From assembly GCF_009914755.1 (NCBI RefSeq), contig NC_060941.1: a stretch of DNA of 64,000 nucleotides; one strand, written 5' to 3'. Under the pieces are notes generated by a model, which saw nothing but the letters and a program-made list of their open reading frames with translations, was not told where the DNA came from and did no database searches. This DNA is from the human T2T-CHM13v2.0 reference genome, Homo sapiens. Below, piece after piece: positions 32,693 through 52,825 of the stretch; position 1 is the stretch's first letter; every line of letters begins with the position of its first letter. The translations under genes were made by a program, and so were the position numbers.

Positions 32693-34399
32693 GGTGGGGA
32701 GTGTCGGGTTCCCTCTCCCAGGTTTGGCTCTGAAGGCATGTGCATCCATTCTGCTCTTACCTCTGATCCCAGAGTGACCAGGGGAGATGTAGCAGCGACA
32801 AAACCCTGGTTCTGCTGAGACAAGGAATTGCCTGCCCCAGTGGAGCCCAGGCAGAGGCAGGCTGTCTCTGGGCTCCTCACCTCAACAGAGGCACTGCAGA
32901 GCAAGGCCAGTGGCCAGCACCAAGGGATGCCCCACGGCACCCTGAGGAGGCCCCGTCTTGGTGCCCAGATCCCTCCTCCTCCCTCCAGTCCTCGGTGCTG
33001 CACCAGCCTCTCAGGCCAAGGCCACGCCCACCCTGGGCAGACCTCATGCCAGTGATCGTGGGGAGGTGGGTGAGAGTTGGGTATACTGGCCCCGCCTGCA
33101 GGCATGGTGGGAGCCTGGAGAGGGCTGAGGTCTGGGTTCTAGTTGCAGCTCTGCAGCTTAAAGCAGAGTGACTTTGAGTGAATCTCCACCTGTCTCTGGT
33201 TACCCCTCTGTCCCCTCTGATCAAGAAAATGATATAAATTTGAGATGCACAGAGAGAGGGCTCAGGATGACAGAACAGGCTTAGGCAAGGAGAACAGGCA
33301 GGCAGGTTCACATCTCAGCTTCCAGTGCCTGGTGTCTTGGGAAGCCCACTTATCCTCCCTGAATCCCAGCTCCCTCACCTGAGGACTGGTGGCAGGAATA
33401 ACGCCCCCGTCATCCCTGCTCACAGAACCGTACAACACACACCAGGCTCTCCATGCGTGCCTGAGTGGGCCCATGACCGGTGCTCTCCCCCAGCTCAGCT
33501 GGATGAATGGAGCTGCCAGGCCCAGCGTGGGATCTGTGGACACAGGAGAGAGAACTGCTGGGAACGGATCCCCAGCCAGTCCTGTTTCTACAGGGTAGGG
33601 GGGAACTCTGAGGCCCACGGCGGGGTCAGGGGTCACACTTGGCTGCAGTGGCAGGACGGGGCTCCCTCCCACCGGCCTGCAGGTGGGGTGCCTGTGATTA
33701 GGAGAGGGCGGTAGAGGAGTGGAGGAGCTAGGTGTGGGGCTGTGGTGTTCTTCTGCTGGGAGTGTGGGGGACGCAGGGCCCCGCGTAGCGGTTCGGGAGG
33801 GTGCCAGTGTGTAGAGGTGAGTGTGAGGAGCAGGTGGCTGGAGGGGGAGGATGAGGAGGATGAGGGGCAGGGCTGGCCCTTGGGGAAGGGCCAGTGGGGC
33901 GCTTCGCACATGTTTCTTTGTGGCTAGTGGTGTGTCATCCCCTTTTACAGATGAGAAAACTGAGGACCAAGGGGCTGTAAGACCAGCCTGTGCTGTACAG
34001 CTGGTAAGGGCAGAGCAGGGACTCAGTGCCGCCTGTCTGGCTCCATGGCCAGTGCTGTTTGTATGGTGCACACACTTCTGGAGATCCCGGGGGCTCAAGG
34101 CAGCCTCCGGAACTGGAATTAGATCCAAGAGGGGAAAGAGAGTCATAGGATTTTTAGAACCAGAAGGGACTCTGCAATCACCCAGTCCAGCCTGGTCACC
34201 ACTGAGGGGAAACAGGCCCAGAGGTGGGAGGTGGGGAGCCTCAGGCCACACAGCAAGCAGAGTGAAGACACGAACTCTGCCCCTGCCCAGAGTGGGACAT
34301 GTAGGATCCCCGCAACTGCTCCCCAAGACAGCCCAGGATGGCATCACTGAGGTCTCTTTCAGCCAAGGCTGTCACTGTGGGGCAGGGAGTTCTTCTGAA

Positions 34400-34720
34400 G
34401 GGCTGACTCACTGCCTGGGGACGCAGTTGCCACAAAGCCACCTGTGCCAAGGCCCCACTGGCCCCAAGGGCTCCAGGAACGGGAGCCTGATTCCCGGCCA
34501 CCTAGCCTGAGTCACCACCGACTCGCATTTGTGTGTTTTTCTCTCAGCTCCACACTCTCAAAGCTGGGTGGGAACTCTGAGCCAGCACACAGCGGAGTTG
34601 ATCCTGGGCTGAATAATCCAGAGTGAGGAGTTGGACGGGACTGGGAGTGATGAAATCCAGAGGGGAACCTGGAGTCAGCAGTTAGGAGGGCCCCGCCTTC
34701 CCCAGGTGCATATAAAGGTC
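34400..34720 (+). promoter_or_regulatory. KRT16-type promoter: AP-1 sites (TGACTCA 34404, TGAGTCA 34508), GC box, TATA 34711-34716
   Basis: Motifs read directly upstream of the K16-type exon 1. Confidence 0.75.
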
Positions 34721-34818
34721 TCTGGGGTTGGAGGCAGCCACAGCATGCTCTTAGCCTTCCTGAGCACCTTCCCTTTTTTCAGCCAACTGCTCGCTCGCTC
34801 ACCTCCCTCCTTGGCACG

Positions 34819-37725
<2,907 letters not shown>

Positions 37726-38780
37726 CAAACCTGTGTGATCTCTGTTCTTGAACTGATGGGAGGGGAGTTGCAGGTGCTTTCCAGAAACCTCCTGGAGCCT
37801 CACAGCCTGAGAGATGTGGGAAATGGGACAAATCTCAGAAGATCTTGAAGGCTCTTCCTGGAAGACCTCCATGCTCTATGGAAGTGGGAGGTGGGACACA
37901 GGATGGGGGAGTGTCCACACGTGCTGACTGACACCATGGAGGCATTCTACAGAGGTTATTTTACGAGGTTGCCCTTGCAACCCTGTGAGGTGGGTGTGGT
38001 CAGGCCCATTTTGGAATTTGACAACCCCCAGAATTCAGAGTTTCAGTAACTTGCGTAAAATCATGCAGATAGTAAGTGGCACGGCTGGAGCTCAAACTCA
38101 GTTCTGTCTGTCTGCAAAGTCCATGCCTTTCTTTTAACACCACTCTACCTTTTCAGGTATTTTAACCCGAAGACTCCCACGCTTGAATCTTAACTCTACC
38201 CATGGGCTCCCCCACATCTGCACACAGTTTCTACATTGGAGGGTGGAAGGGAGTGGTATCTGCCTTGAGAACGATGTCCTCGTCAGACCTGAAATCCTCC
38301 TTCTCCCAGCCTGCTTCTCCTCACACCCCATCAACTCCTCCTTCCTCATTCCCCTCAGCTGGTGAATTGCGTGCTGATGAGCACCCTAGGAAACACCTGC
38401 TGCCCCATGGCCATTGCCATGTTCAGATCTTCTTCCTCTCTCCCTAGACCTGGGCACAGCCTAACTGGGTCCCCTTGAGAGTCAATCTCATCCACATTCA
38501 ATTTCCACTGAATGATTTCCACCAGAATGTGGTCAGGATCAAGAACAAGGGTGAGATCAGGACTCCCCTGCTTAACAGCCGGCGATGGATCCCATTCCCC
38601 TCCAGCACTCAGCCTTCAGTCTCAACCCAGCTTGGTGTCCTCCTGTCCCTCCCAGCTCCAAACCCCCGAGTCACCCCTACCTGACTGAGATATGACCCAT
38701 ACCTCTCAGTTGCCATTCCTTCTTCCTGGATGCCTTCCATATTTTAAATATTTAAATTTAAAAAAGTTATGTATGTATAA

Positions 38781-39088
<308 letters not shown>

Positions 39089-39092
39089 AGAC

Positions 39093-39535
39093 TTTTTTTT
39101 TTATTATTATGCTTTAAGTTATAGGGTACACATGCACAACATGCATGTTTGTTACATAGGTATACATGTGCCATGTTGGTTTGCTGCACCCATCAACTCA
39201 TCATTTACATTAAGTATTTCTCCAAATGCTATCCCTCCCACAGTCTCCCACCCCCTGACAGGCCCCGATGTGTGATGTTCCCCGCCCTGTGCCCATGTGT
39301 TCTCATTGTTCAACTCCCACCTATGAGTGAGAACATGTGGTGTTTGGTTTTCTGTCCTTGTGATAGTTTGCTTAGAATGATGGTTTCCAGCTTCATCCAT
39401 GTCCCTGCAAGGGACATGAACTCATCCTTTTTTATGGTTGCATAGTATTCCAAGGTGCACATGTGCCACATTTTCTTAATCCAGTCTATCATTGATGGAC
39501 ATTTGGGTTGGTTCCAAGTCTTTGCTATTGTGAAT
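39093..39535 (-). mobile_element. 5'-truncated L1PA 3' UTR insertion
   Basis: gggtacacatgcacaacatgc...ggttggttccaagtctttgctattgtgaat; flanked by TSD aagacttttttt. Confidence 0.93.
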
Positions 39536-39589
39536 AAGACTTTTTTTTTTTTAATGAAAAAGCCATCCCTAGACTGGATACCACAGCTC

Positions 39590-41600
<2,011 letters not shown>

Positions 41601-41710
41601 GGCAGAGAAGGTCTCAGTCTCAGCTACTCTGCTACTAGTTGATTGCAGTTTATTGGCCCTGCTTGGTGTCTCAGGATTCAGAGTCCCTCTGGGGAAATTC
41701 TCAAGCATAA

Positions 41711-42093
<383 letters not shown>

Positions 42094-42805
42094 ACCTCTC
42101 TGCTTTTTATATAGATCTCTAGCTCACCCTACTATTTCTAGTTCACTTGTTCCTCACTGTCAGAGGTACCTGGTGCCCCCTATTCCAGAGACTTTCCAGA
42201 GTTCTTAAAAATTCAGAGTTAAAAAGTTCCAGAGTGTAAATATGCTTTGCCTCTTGGCTTCTCTCTGGGCAAGCGCTGGGCTTTCTTTGTCTTTGTTTTC
42301 CAGATTCCAAAATTTGATTGCTATAATCTACTTTCCTGATCTCTTTGACCCCATGGATTTTATCCATTTACAATAATTTTAGTATTGGCACGGGGCTCCC
42401 CCATGTAGGGTGGTGCAGGGAGACTCACTAACCACAGGAGGTCCTGCCCGGGGCTCCTCCTTTACCCCCTTCCTTTTGGGGCAGGCTGGAGGGAGGGTCA
42501 GGTAATGCTGCTCACACAAAGCCTGCCTGGAAGTCCAGAGGTGGGGGGTACTCTGGGCCTCAGCTGTCAAGACTGGCAACCCTTTAACCCCTGATAACCC
42601 AGAAAATGCCCTCCCTTAAAATGTCTGAGTACCATGCTTCTTTGGCATCAGGGAGGGGACGGGAGTGTGGTGTCCTCTAAGTCTGCTCCCTGCTTGGCCG
42701 GGCTGTTTGCAGCTCCTTGGTCACTGAGTCCTTGACTGCAGGGGAAGAGAGGTTGGCCTCAGGCTCCAGGTTAGGCCACGGTTCTGAGAACCGGTGTGGG
42801 GGATC

Positions 42806-45077
42806 AGGCTTATATTCCATGCTAGAGCTCCGGAGTCGGTGCGTGGGGTTGGGATGGGGCTGCAGAAGTGCCTTTTAAGATTATGTGCATGGACTGATCT
42901 GTCACTGGTTCCCTGCCATCTTTATCTTTTGGATTCCCCTTGGAGCAGGGGGAGGAAGGAGTTTCTTTTGGGTTCCATTGAATCAAATGAAAGGGAAAGT
43001 AAAGCTGTTCCTATGTCCTGGGCTCTGGAGCTTCTATTCCTGATCCCTGCAGAAGAAGGAGACGGTGGTGGTGGTGGGTGGGGGTGGCGGGGCACAGAGG
43101 AAGCCAGTACCGGGCCCTGCACCCCATTCCCACTCCCAGATCCCTCTGGACACAGCATTTTTCTCCAGTGAGCACAGCCTTCCCTTGCCCCACAGCCAAC
43201 AGCAACATGCCTCCCAACAAAAGCATCTGCCCCTCAGCCAAAACCCCTGTTGCCTCTCTCTGGGGAAATTGTAGGACTGGGTCAGGGTGGGGGAACCATT
43301 CTCTGCAGGGAGATTAGGAGTGTCTGTCAGGGGTGGGTGGAGCGGGGTGGGGCCCTGGCTTACTCACATCCTCGAGAGTCCTTTGCTGGCAGATTTGGGG
43401 AGCCCACAGCACAGGTGTCTGTCTCAGTATTGTCTTCCAAGCTCCTAGGCCACAGTAGTGGGGGGCTCCCCTCTCTGGCTTCTTCTTTGGTGACAGTCAA
43501 GGTTGGGGGTGGGGTGAGAGAGGGTCCTGCTTCTCTTCTAGGAACAGTTGATCCCAGGAAGAGCAGTGGAGCCTCCAGCAGGGGCTGTTGGGGCCTGTCT
43601 GAGGAGATAGGACGCGTCAGGCAGCCCCAGACACGACCACATTCCTCCCAACATGCCTGCTGGGGTCTGTGGAGCCCAGGGGCTGACGGGAGGGTGGGGT
43701 GGGGGCCGGAAGGGTTTGCTTTGGGAGGTTGTCTGGGAGATTGCTGAAGTTTTGATATACACACCTCCAAAGCAGGACCAAGTGGACTCCTAGAAATGTC
43801 CCCTGACCCTTGGGGCTTCAGGAGTCAGGGACCCTCGTGTCCACTTCAGCCTTGCCCTTGGCACAGCCTGGCACCACTCCAGCTTCTACTCCTCCCCAGA
43901 ACATCTCCTGGGCCAGTTCCACAAGGGGCTCAAACGAGGGCACCTGAGCCAGACTTCTGCCTACACTAGGGATGTTCTGGGGGTCTGAGAGGATATCTGG
44001 GGCTGGAAGAAAAAAAGGCCCCCCTAGGCCTGTTCCTGGATGCAGCTCCATCCACTTTGGGGCTAAGCCTGGGCTACAACAATGCCAACCAGGCTTCTTG
44101 CCATACTCGGTTTACAAAAGCCTTTCACATACGCTGTCGCGTTGGCTTCTCACAGCTGACTGCAGTAGGCAGAGTAGATGGTATGACTCCCACTTTGCAG
44201 ATGAGAACACTGAGGCTCAGAGAAGCGCCAAGCCCTGGGTCACGGGGCCGTAAATGGCAGAGCCAGGACCCACCTGACTCCAGGCTGTTTCCTGGCCTCC
44301 ATGAGGCCACCCGCCCTATGGTGTGGTGGATGTCAGATCCTCACCGTAGGGAGGAAATTAGGGTCTGTGCCCGGGGCTGGGGAGAGCTGCCTGGATTTCT
44401 CTTTGATGGGGGTGTTGGGGTGGGAATCACCATACACCTGACTGGCTGAGTGTATTTCAGGGATGGGACAGGCTTCTCAGCACAGCATGGCAGGTCAGGC
44501 CTGGGAGGGCCCCTCAGACCTCCTTGTCTCTAACAGCGGGTCATGGTGAGGGACGCCTCTCTGTGCCCAAGGTGACCTTGCCATGCCGGTGCTCTCCAGC
44601 TGGGTATCTGTCCCCTGCAGTGGTGGGCTTCCTCTAAGTGGATGGTAAAGGCCCATCCAGTTCATGGAGAGCTAGCAGGTCACCAGGTTTAAGGTGCAGA
44701 GGCCCTGCTCTCTGTCACCCTGGCTGAGCCCAGTGTGCGGGTTCCTGAGGGCTGGGACTCCCGGGGCCCCATGGGAAAGTGTAGCCTGCAGGCCCATACC
44801 TCCCCCTGTGAATCATGCCTGGCGGGACAAGAAAGCCCAAAACACCCCAAACAATGAGTTTCCAGTAAAATATGACAGACATGATGAGGCGGAGGAGAGG
44901 AGGGACCTGGCTGGGAGTTGTCACTAGCCTGTGGGTGATGAAAGCCAAGGGGAATGGAAAGTGCCAGGCCCGCCCCCTACCCATGAGTATAAAGCACTCG
45001 CATCCCTTTCCAATTTACCTGAGCACCTTCTCTTCACTCAGCCAACTGCTCGCTCACTCACCTCCCTCCTCAGCACC
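42806..45077 (+). promoter_or_regulatory. KRT14-type ~2.2-kb upstream promoter/enhancer; AP-2 site GCCTGCAGGC 44784-44793, GC box, TATA 44988-44993
   Basis: Colinear, from memory, with the widely used human K14 promoter (cttatattccatgctag...gagtataaagcactcgcatccc). Confidence 0.85.
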
Positions 45078-45599
45078 ATGAGCACCTGCAGCCGCCAGTT
45101 CACCTCCTCCAGCTCCATGAAGGGCTCCTGCGGCATCGGGGGCGGCATCGGGGGCGGCTCCAGCCGCATCTCCTCCGTCCTGGCCGGAGGGTCCTGCCGC
45201 GCCACCAGCACCTACAGGGGTGGCCTGTCTGTCTCCTCCTCCTGCTTCTCCTCTGGGGGAGCCTACAGGCTGGGGGGCGGCTATGGCGGTAGCTTCAGCA
45301 GCAGCAGCAGCTTTGCTAGTGGCTTTGGGGGAGGATATGGTGATGGCCTTGGTGCTGGCTTCGGTGGTGGCTTGGGTGGTGGCTTTGCTGGTGGTGATGG
45401 GCTTCTGGTGGGCAGTGAGAAGGTGACCATGCAGAACCTCAACGACAGCCTGGTCTCCTACCTGGACAAGGCGCGTGCCCTGGAGGAGGCCAACGCTGAC
45501 CTGGAGGTGAAGATCCATGACTGGTACCAGTGGCAGCGGCCTGCTGAGATCAAAGACTACAGTCCCTACTTCAAGACCATCGAGGATCTGAGGAACAAG
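45078..45599 (+). pseudogene. KRT14-derived exon 1 (open, 174 codons); the rest of the gene is missing
   Basis: K14-diagnostic LSVSSS.FSSGGAY and [21 protein letters not shown]|gt; no exon 2 found before 47270. Confidence 0.9.
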
Positions 45600-46249
45600 G
45601 TGGGTGAATGGGCAGCAGAAGGTGCCATTCCAGCTAGCTCCTTCTGGGAACAATAGATGCCCCAGGACACTGACACCTTAAGATTTCTCTATAGGACAGA
45701 GCCCACCCCAGATCCCTTCTTTCGAGGTCTTGGATGCCCTAAGAGCTGATCAGTGAGAGGATGCTCTCTCTTCCCCAGCCTGCTCATCCCCTTCTGATGT
45801 CAAATCCTCAGATCAAGTGAGATCAGTGAGTCCTGTCCTTACATTTTACAGAGGAAGCAGTTGAAGCTTTGAGAGGTGCTGTGACCAGCTGCAGGTCACA
45901 TAGCAAATTAATGGCAGAGCCAAGGCTGGGGCCCTTGTGTCCTACCTTCCAGCACAGGGGAGGAGCGAGGCTCTAACGGGAGCAGGCAAGACATCCAAAC
46001 CGCTCATTAGCTCACTAGTCTGGGCTGTGGCTGCCGCCGCCCATAAGCCTTAGTACAGTCTGGTCCCTCCCCACAGCCAGGCAGTCATGGAGAGCCTGCA
46101 GAGACAATCAGTGTGGCCCCTTGACGTGCCCTGCACAAAGGGAGCCTGGCAGGCTTGTGCCCTGGCTCCAGCCCCCTCCTCCCTGCTCCCACCGAAAATC
46201 CTTTGCTTGACTTAACTCACTGCCCTTTAGCCACACAGGACTCCTGCCC

Positions 46250-46700
46250 TGGCAGTCACTTTGCTTGTTTCCACCTCAGGACATTTGCACATGCTGTATG
46301 CCCCTCCCCTTTTTCCTTCTCCTGGCTCACTTCTCCTCCCCCTTCACTCAAGTGTCTCTTTCTCAGGGAGAAGGTCACTGATGCCCCCAACCATGCCACA
46401 CCCTTTATTATGTGCTCTCCATTCCCCCACCAACCATGCTCACCTCAGTTGTGAATTGCGTGTTTATTTCTGCAGGTCTATTTTATTCCGTAACTGTTCA
46501 TCAAGATAAGGGCTTGCTCATTACTTTATCGCCAGCACTCAACCCAATGCCTGGCACATAGTAGGTGCTCAATAAAGGATGAATCTGAATTTACAGTGAG
46601 GAAACAGGTTCAGAGAGGGGAAGCAACTTTCCCCAAATAAGTGGAAGAATCCGGCTTTACACTATGACCTGCCTGGCTCCGAAGCCGGTGCTCTCAGCCT
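46250..46700. mobile_element. L2 3' end and MIR fragments
   Basis: cctcaggacatttgcacatgctg...tgcctggcacatagtaggtgctcaataaa; ttacagtgaggaaacaggttcagagagg. Confidence 0.65.
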
Positions 46701-47788
46701 CCCTGCTAGGTGTGTCCCAGCAGACACAAGCCTGGGGTGCCTAGACTCAGGTGGAGGCACCTATGCGGGCCCACTCCATCCCCTCACTGTGGTCTGATAG
46801 GGTCTGGCTGGGCAGAGTGGTGGCAAGTGCCTGTTGTATGAGAAAGAATCAGTGTTGACAGACAGGTGCAGGTACCCACAGCCCTGCACCAGTGGGCAGT
46901 GCACACCTGCCTAGATGGCGCATGGAGGCTCCAGGGGAGGAGCCGTGACTCAGCGGGTGCTCCCTCTCCCAGCAGCCAGCCACATGCTGACTCAGGTCCC
47001 TCACTTGCCCCACCTGGGGATCAATGACAGACAGCAATGGGGAGTAAGTTGAAGGTGTGGGAAGCAAGAGGGCTCCCATGACCAGAGCAAAGCTGTCCTT
47101 GTGCAGCCTCCAGGTCCCCATGTCCCCCGTGGACGATACCTTTGCCTCTGGGGACACCTTGCAAGTAGGGTCTTTGGTTCCCTCTCTGTTCCTCTGTCTG
47201 CCTATCTGGGTCCTTGCAGCCCTTCTCTCCTACTCCATCCACTCTCCAAATGGAGGGCCTGCATTTGGGGAATATAAGTACTGAAGGCAAACTGCCTGGG
47301 TTTGAATTTTGTTCTGTCCCTTGCACCCTGCCTGGCTTCAAATCCTAGCTCTGCTTATTAAGTTCTTTTAAGGTGATGATCTTTGAGCAAATGTCTTAGC
47401 TTCTGTTTTCCCAAGTAAATGGACACAATAGTTGCTACCTTGTGAAAGATTCATGTAATTGACCAGTGTTTACCAAGTAGCATCAGTGTTCAGTTTCAGT
47501 CATTGGTGATTCTGCAGTTGGACTGTGATGGGGTGTTGGGGTGGGGGTGGTGTGTGTGTGTAGCACTTAATTGCACGCAGAAAGGAAAAGATACTTTTGA
47601 TGACCCAGAGGCAGCTTTTCTCTGCTTTTGTGTCAAAAGGGAGGAATGGAGTTTGGAGAGGGAAACTAATTCTGTTCAATACTAAGCTCTCTTCCTCAAA
47701 ATCAGAGGTACATAGAATGTGTAATAACTTACAGAATTTCTAGACTTCAACAATCTGAATTTTTTAAAATTCATTTTTATTTTTTCAG

Positions 47789-47895
47789 GTTGAGACTGAG
47801 CTAAAGTTAATCTGTGGCGACATTCTGAATGTACTGGACAAACACCTTATTCCAGCAGCTAACACTGGCAAGTCCAAGGTTTTCTATTATGAAAT
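47789..47895 (+). pseudogene. YWHAE exon 3, copy 3 (open frame, identical to copy 2)
   Basis: ttttttcag|GTTGAGACT...GAAAT|gtagg. Confidence 0.92.
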
Positions 47896-48414
47896 GTAGG
47901 TTCTATACTAAAAATTAACAAGTGTACTTCAATAATTTTAAACACGCTCAGGAATAATTGGCTTTGTTTCTTTTTTTCTTAGCTATTTCCTATTATTTTC
48001 CTTATTAAATATAACGAAAAATCCCACAGAAATTAACTGAGGAGCCTCTAAATATCAAGAAAATTATCACTTGATAGACTAGAATTAAACAAGCAAGTGG
48101 TTCCAAGAAATGGCACAAGTGTATTAATCATAAAATTTCTACATGAAACTTTCAGCCAGCACTGTGAAATGTGTGGCCGTTTAGGGGAGGGGAATGAGAT
48201 AGGTCCCATGAAAGCAAAAGAATATAAATAGGTAAAGCAAAAGCTAATGCATTTTTTATAATAGCCTGACCATCTTTTTATCCCAACATTGACTATCCTT
48301 CTAACATTAAACAATTATTTTTAAATAAAAGTTGGAAACCTACATAGAAGAAAGTCATGATTCTAAAAAGGCCAACTTTTAATCTTACATTTTCCTTTCT
48401 AGTATAGAACCTAC

Positions 48415-48521
48415 ATTTCCTAATAGAAAACCTTGGACTTGCCAGTGTCAGCTACTGGAGTGAGGTGTTTGTCCAGTGCATCCAGCACCTCGCCACAGAT
48501 TAACTGTAGCTCAGTCTCAAC
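48415..48521 (-). pseudogene. YWHAE exon 3, copy 4 (with stop; 2 nt different from copy 1)
   Basis: Minus strand [34 protein letters not shown]. Confidence 0.92.
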
Positions 48522-49199
48522 CTGAAAAAATAAAAATATACTTAAAAAAATCAGATTGTTGAAGTCTAGAAATTCTGTAAATTATTACACATTCTATCTA
48601 CCTCTGATTTTGAAGAAGAGAGCTTAGTATTAAAGAGAATTGGTTTCCCTCTCCAAACTCCCTTCTTCCCTTTTGACACAAAAGCAGAGAAAAGCTGCCT
48701 CTCGGTTATAAAAAGTATCTTTTCCTTTCCGCGTGCAATTAAGTGCTACACACACACCACCCCCCACCCCAGCACCACCTCACAATCCAACTGCAGAATC
48801 ACCAATGACTGAAACTGAACACTGATGCTGCTTGGTAAACACTGGTCAATTACATGAATCTTTCACAAGGTAGCAACTATTGTGTCCATTTACTTGGGAA
48901 AGCAGAAGCTAAGACATTTGCTCAAAGGTCATCACCATAAAAGAACTTCATAAGCAGAGCTAGTATTTGAACCCAGGCAGGGTGCAAGGGACAGAACAAA
49001 ATTCAAACCCAGGCAGTTTGCCTTCAGTATTTACATTCCTAACAACGTGCAACAGGCAATCCCTTTAGTGGAAGAGATCCAAAACTAGTTAAGATACCAA
49101 AAATCTATGGACCAAAGTAACTATTGCCACTCATCTCTATTCATTTACAATGCTGAAAAGGTACAACACCTCTAAACGCACATACCCAGCTTGCTTCCT

Positions 49200-51015
<1,816 letters not shown>

Positions 51016-51247
51016 TTAATGAAGATAAAATAAATGAAATAAACTACTAAATTTAGTGCAAAGGAGCAGAGCAGACAATCTATTAATCTGGTAATTTTGT
51101 TAAGAATAACGATAGCTAATATTCATGGAGAGCTTGTTATGAGCCACGTCCTATCCTAAATATCCTACTTGTTTTAACTTCATCCTAGCAACAAATATAT
51201 GAGATGGATTCTAAAACTCTCTTCACTTAGAAACAACTGGGGCCTAG

Positions 51248-52634
<1,387 letters not shown>

Positions 52635-52659
52635 TACGTGAGATTTCTTTGTATTATTT

Positions 52660-52825
52660 CTTTTTGTTTTTCTTTGTAGAGATGGGGTCTCACTGTCACC
52701 CAGGCTGGAGTGCAGTGGCACCATCACAGCTCACTACATCTTTGAACTCCTGGGCTTCAAGGGATCCTCCCGCCTCAGCCTCCCAGGTAACTGGAATCAC
52801 AGGCATAAGCCACCACACCCGGCCT
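52660..52825 (-). mobile_element. Alu monomer (FRAM/FLAM-like)
   Basis: gagatggggtctcactgtcacccaggctgg...agccaccacacccggcc. Confidence 0.75.

Noticed and set aside
33262-34510. 361-aa (-) and 219-aa (+) ORFs upstream of the KRT16 copy
   Set aside because: GC-rich promoter and MIR-containing DNA with no recognisable protein features.
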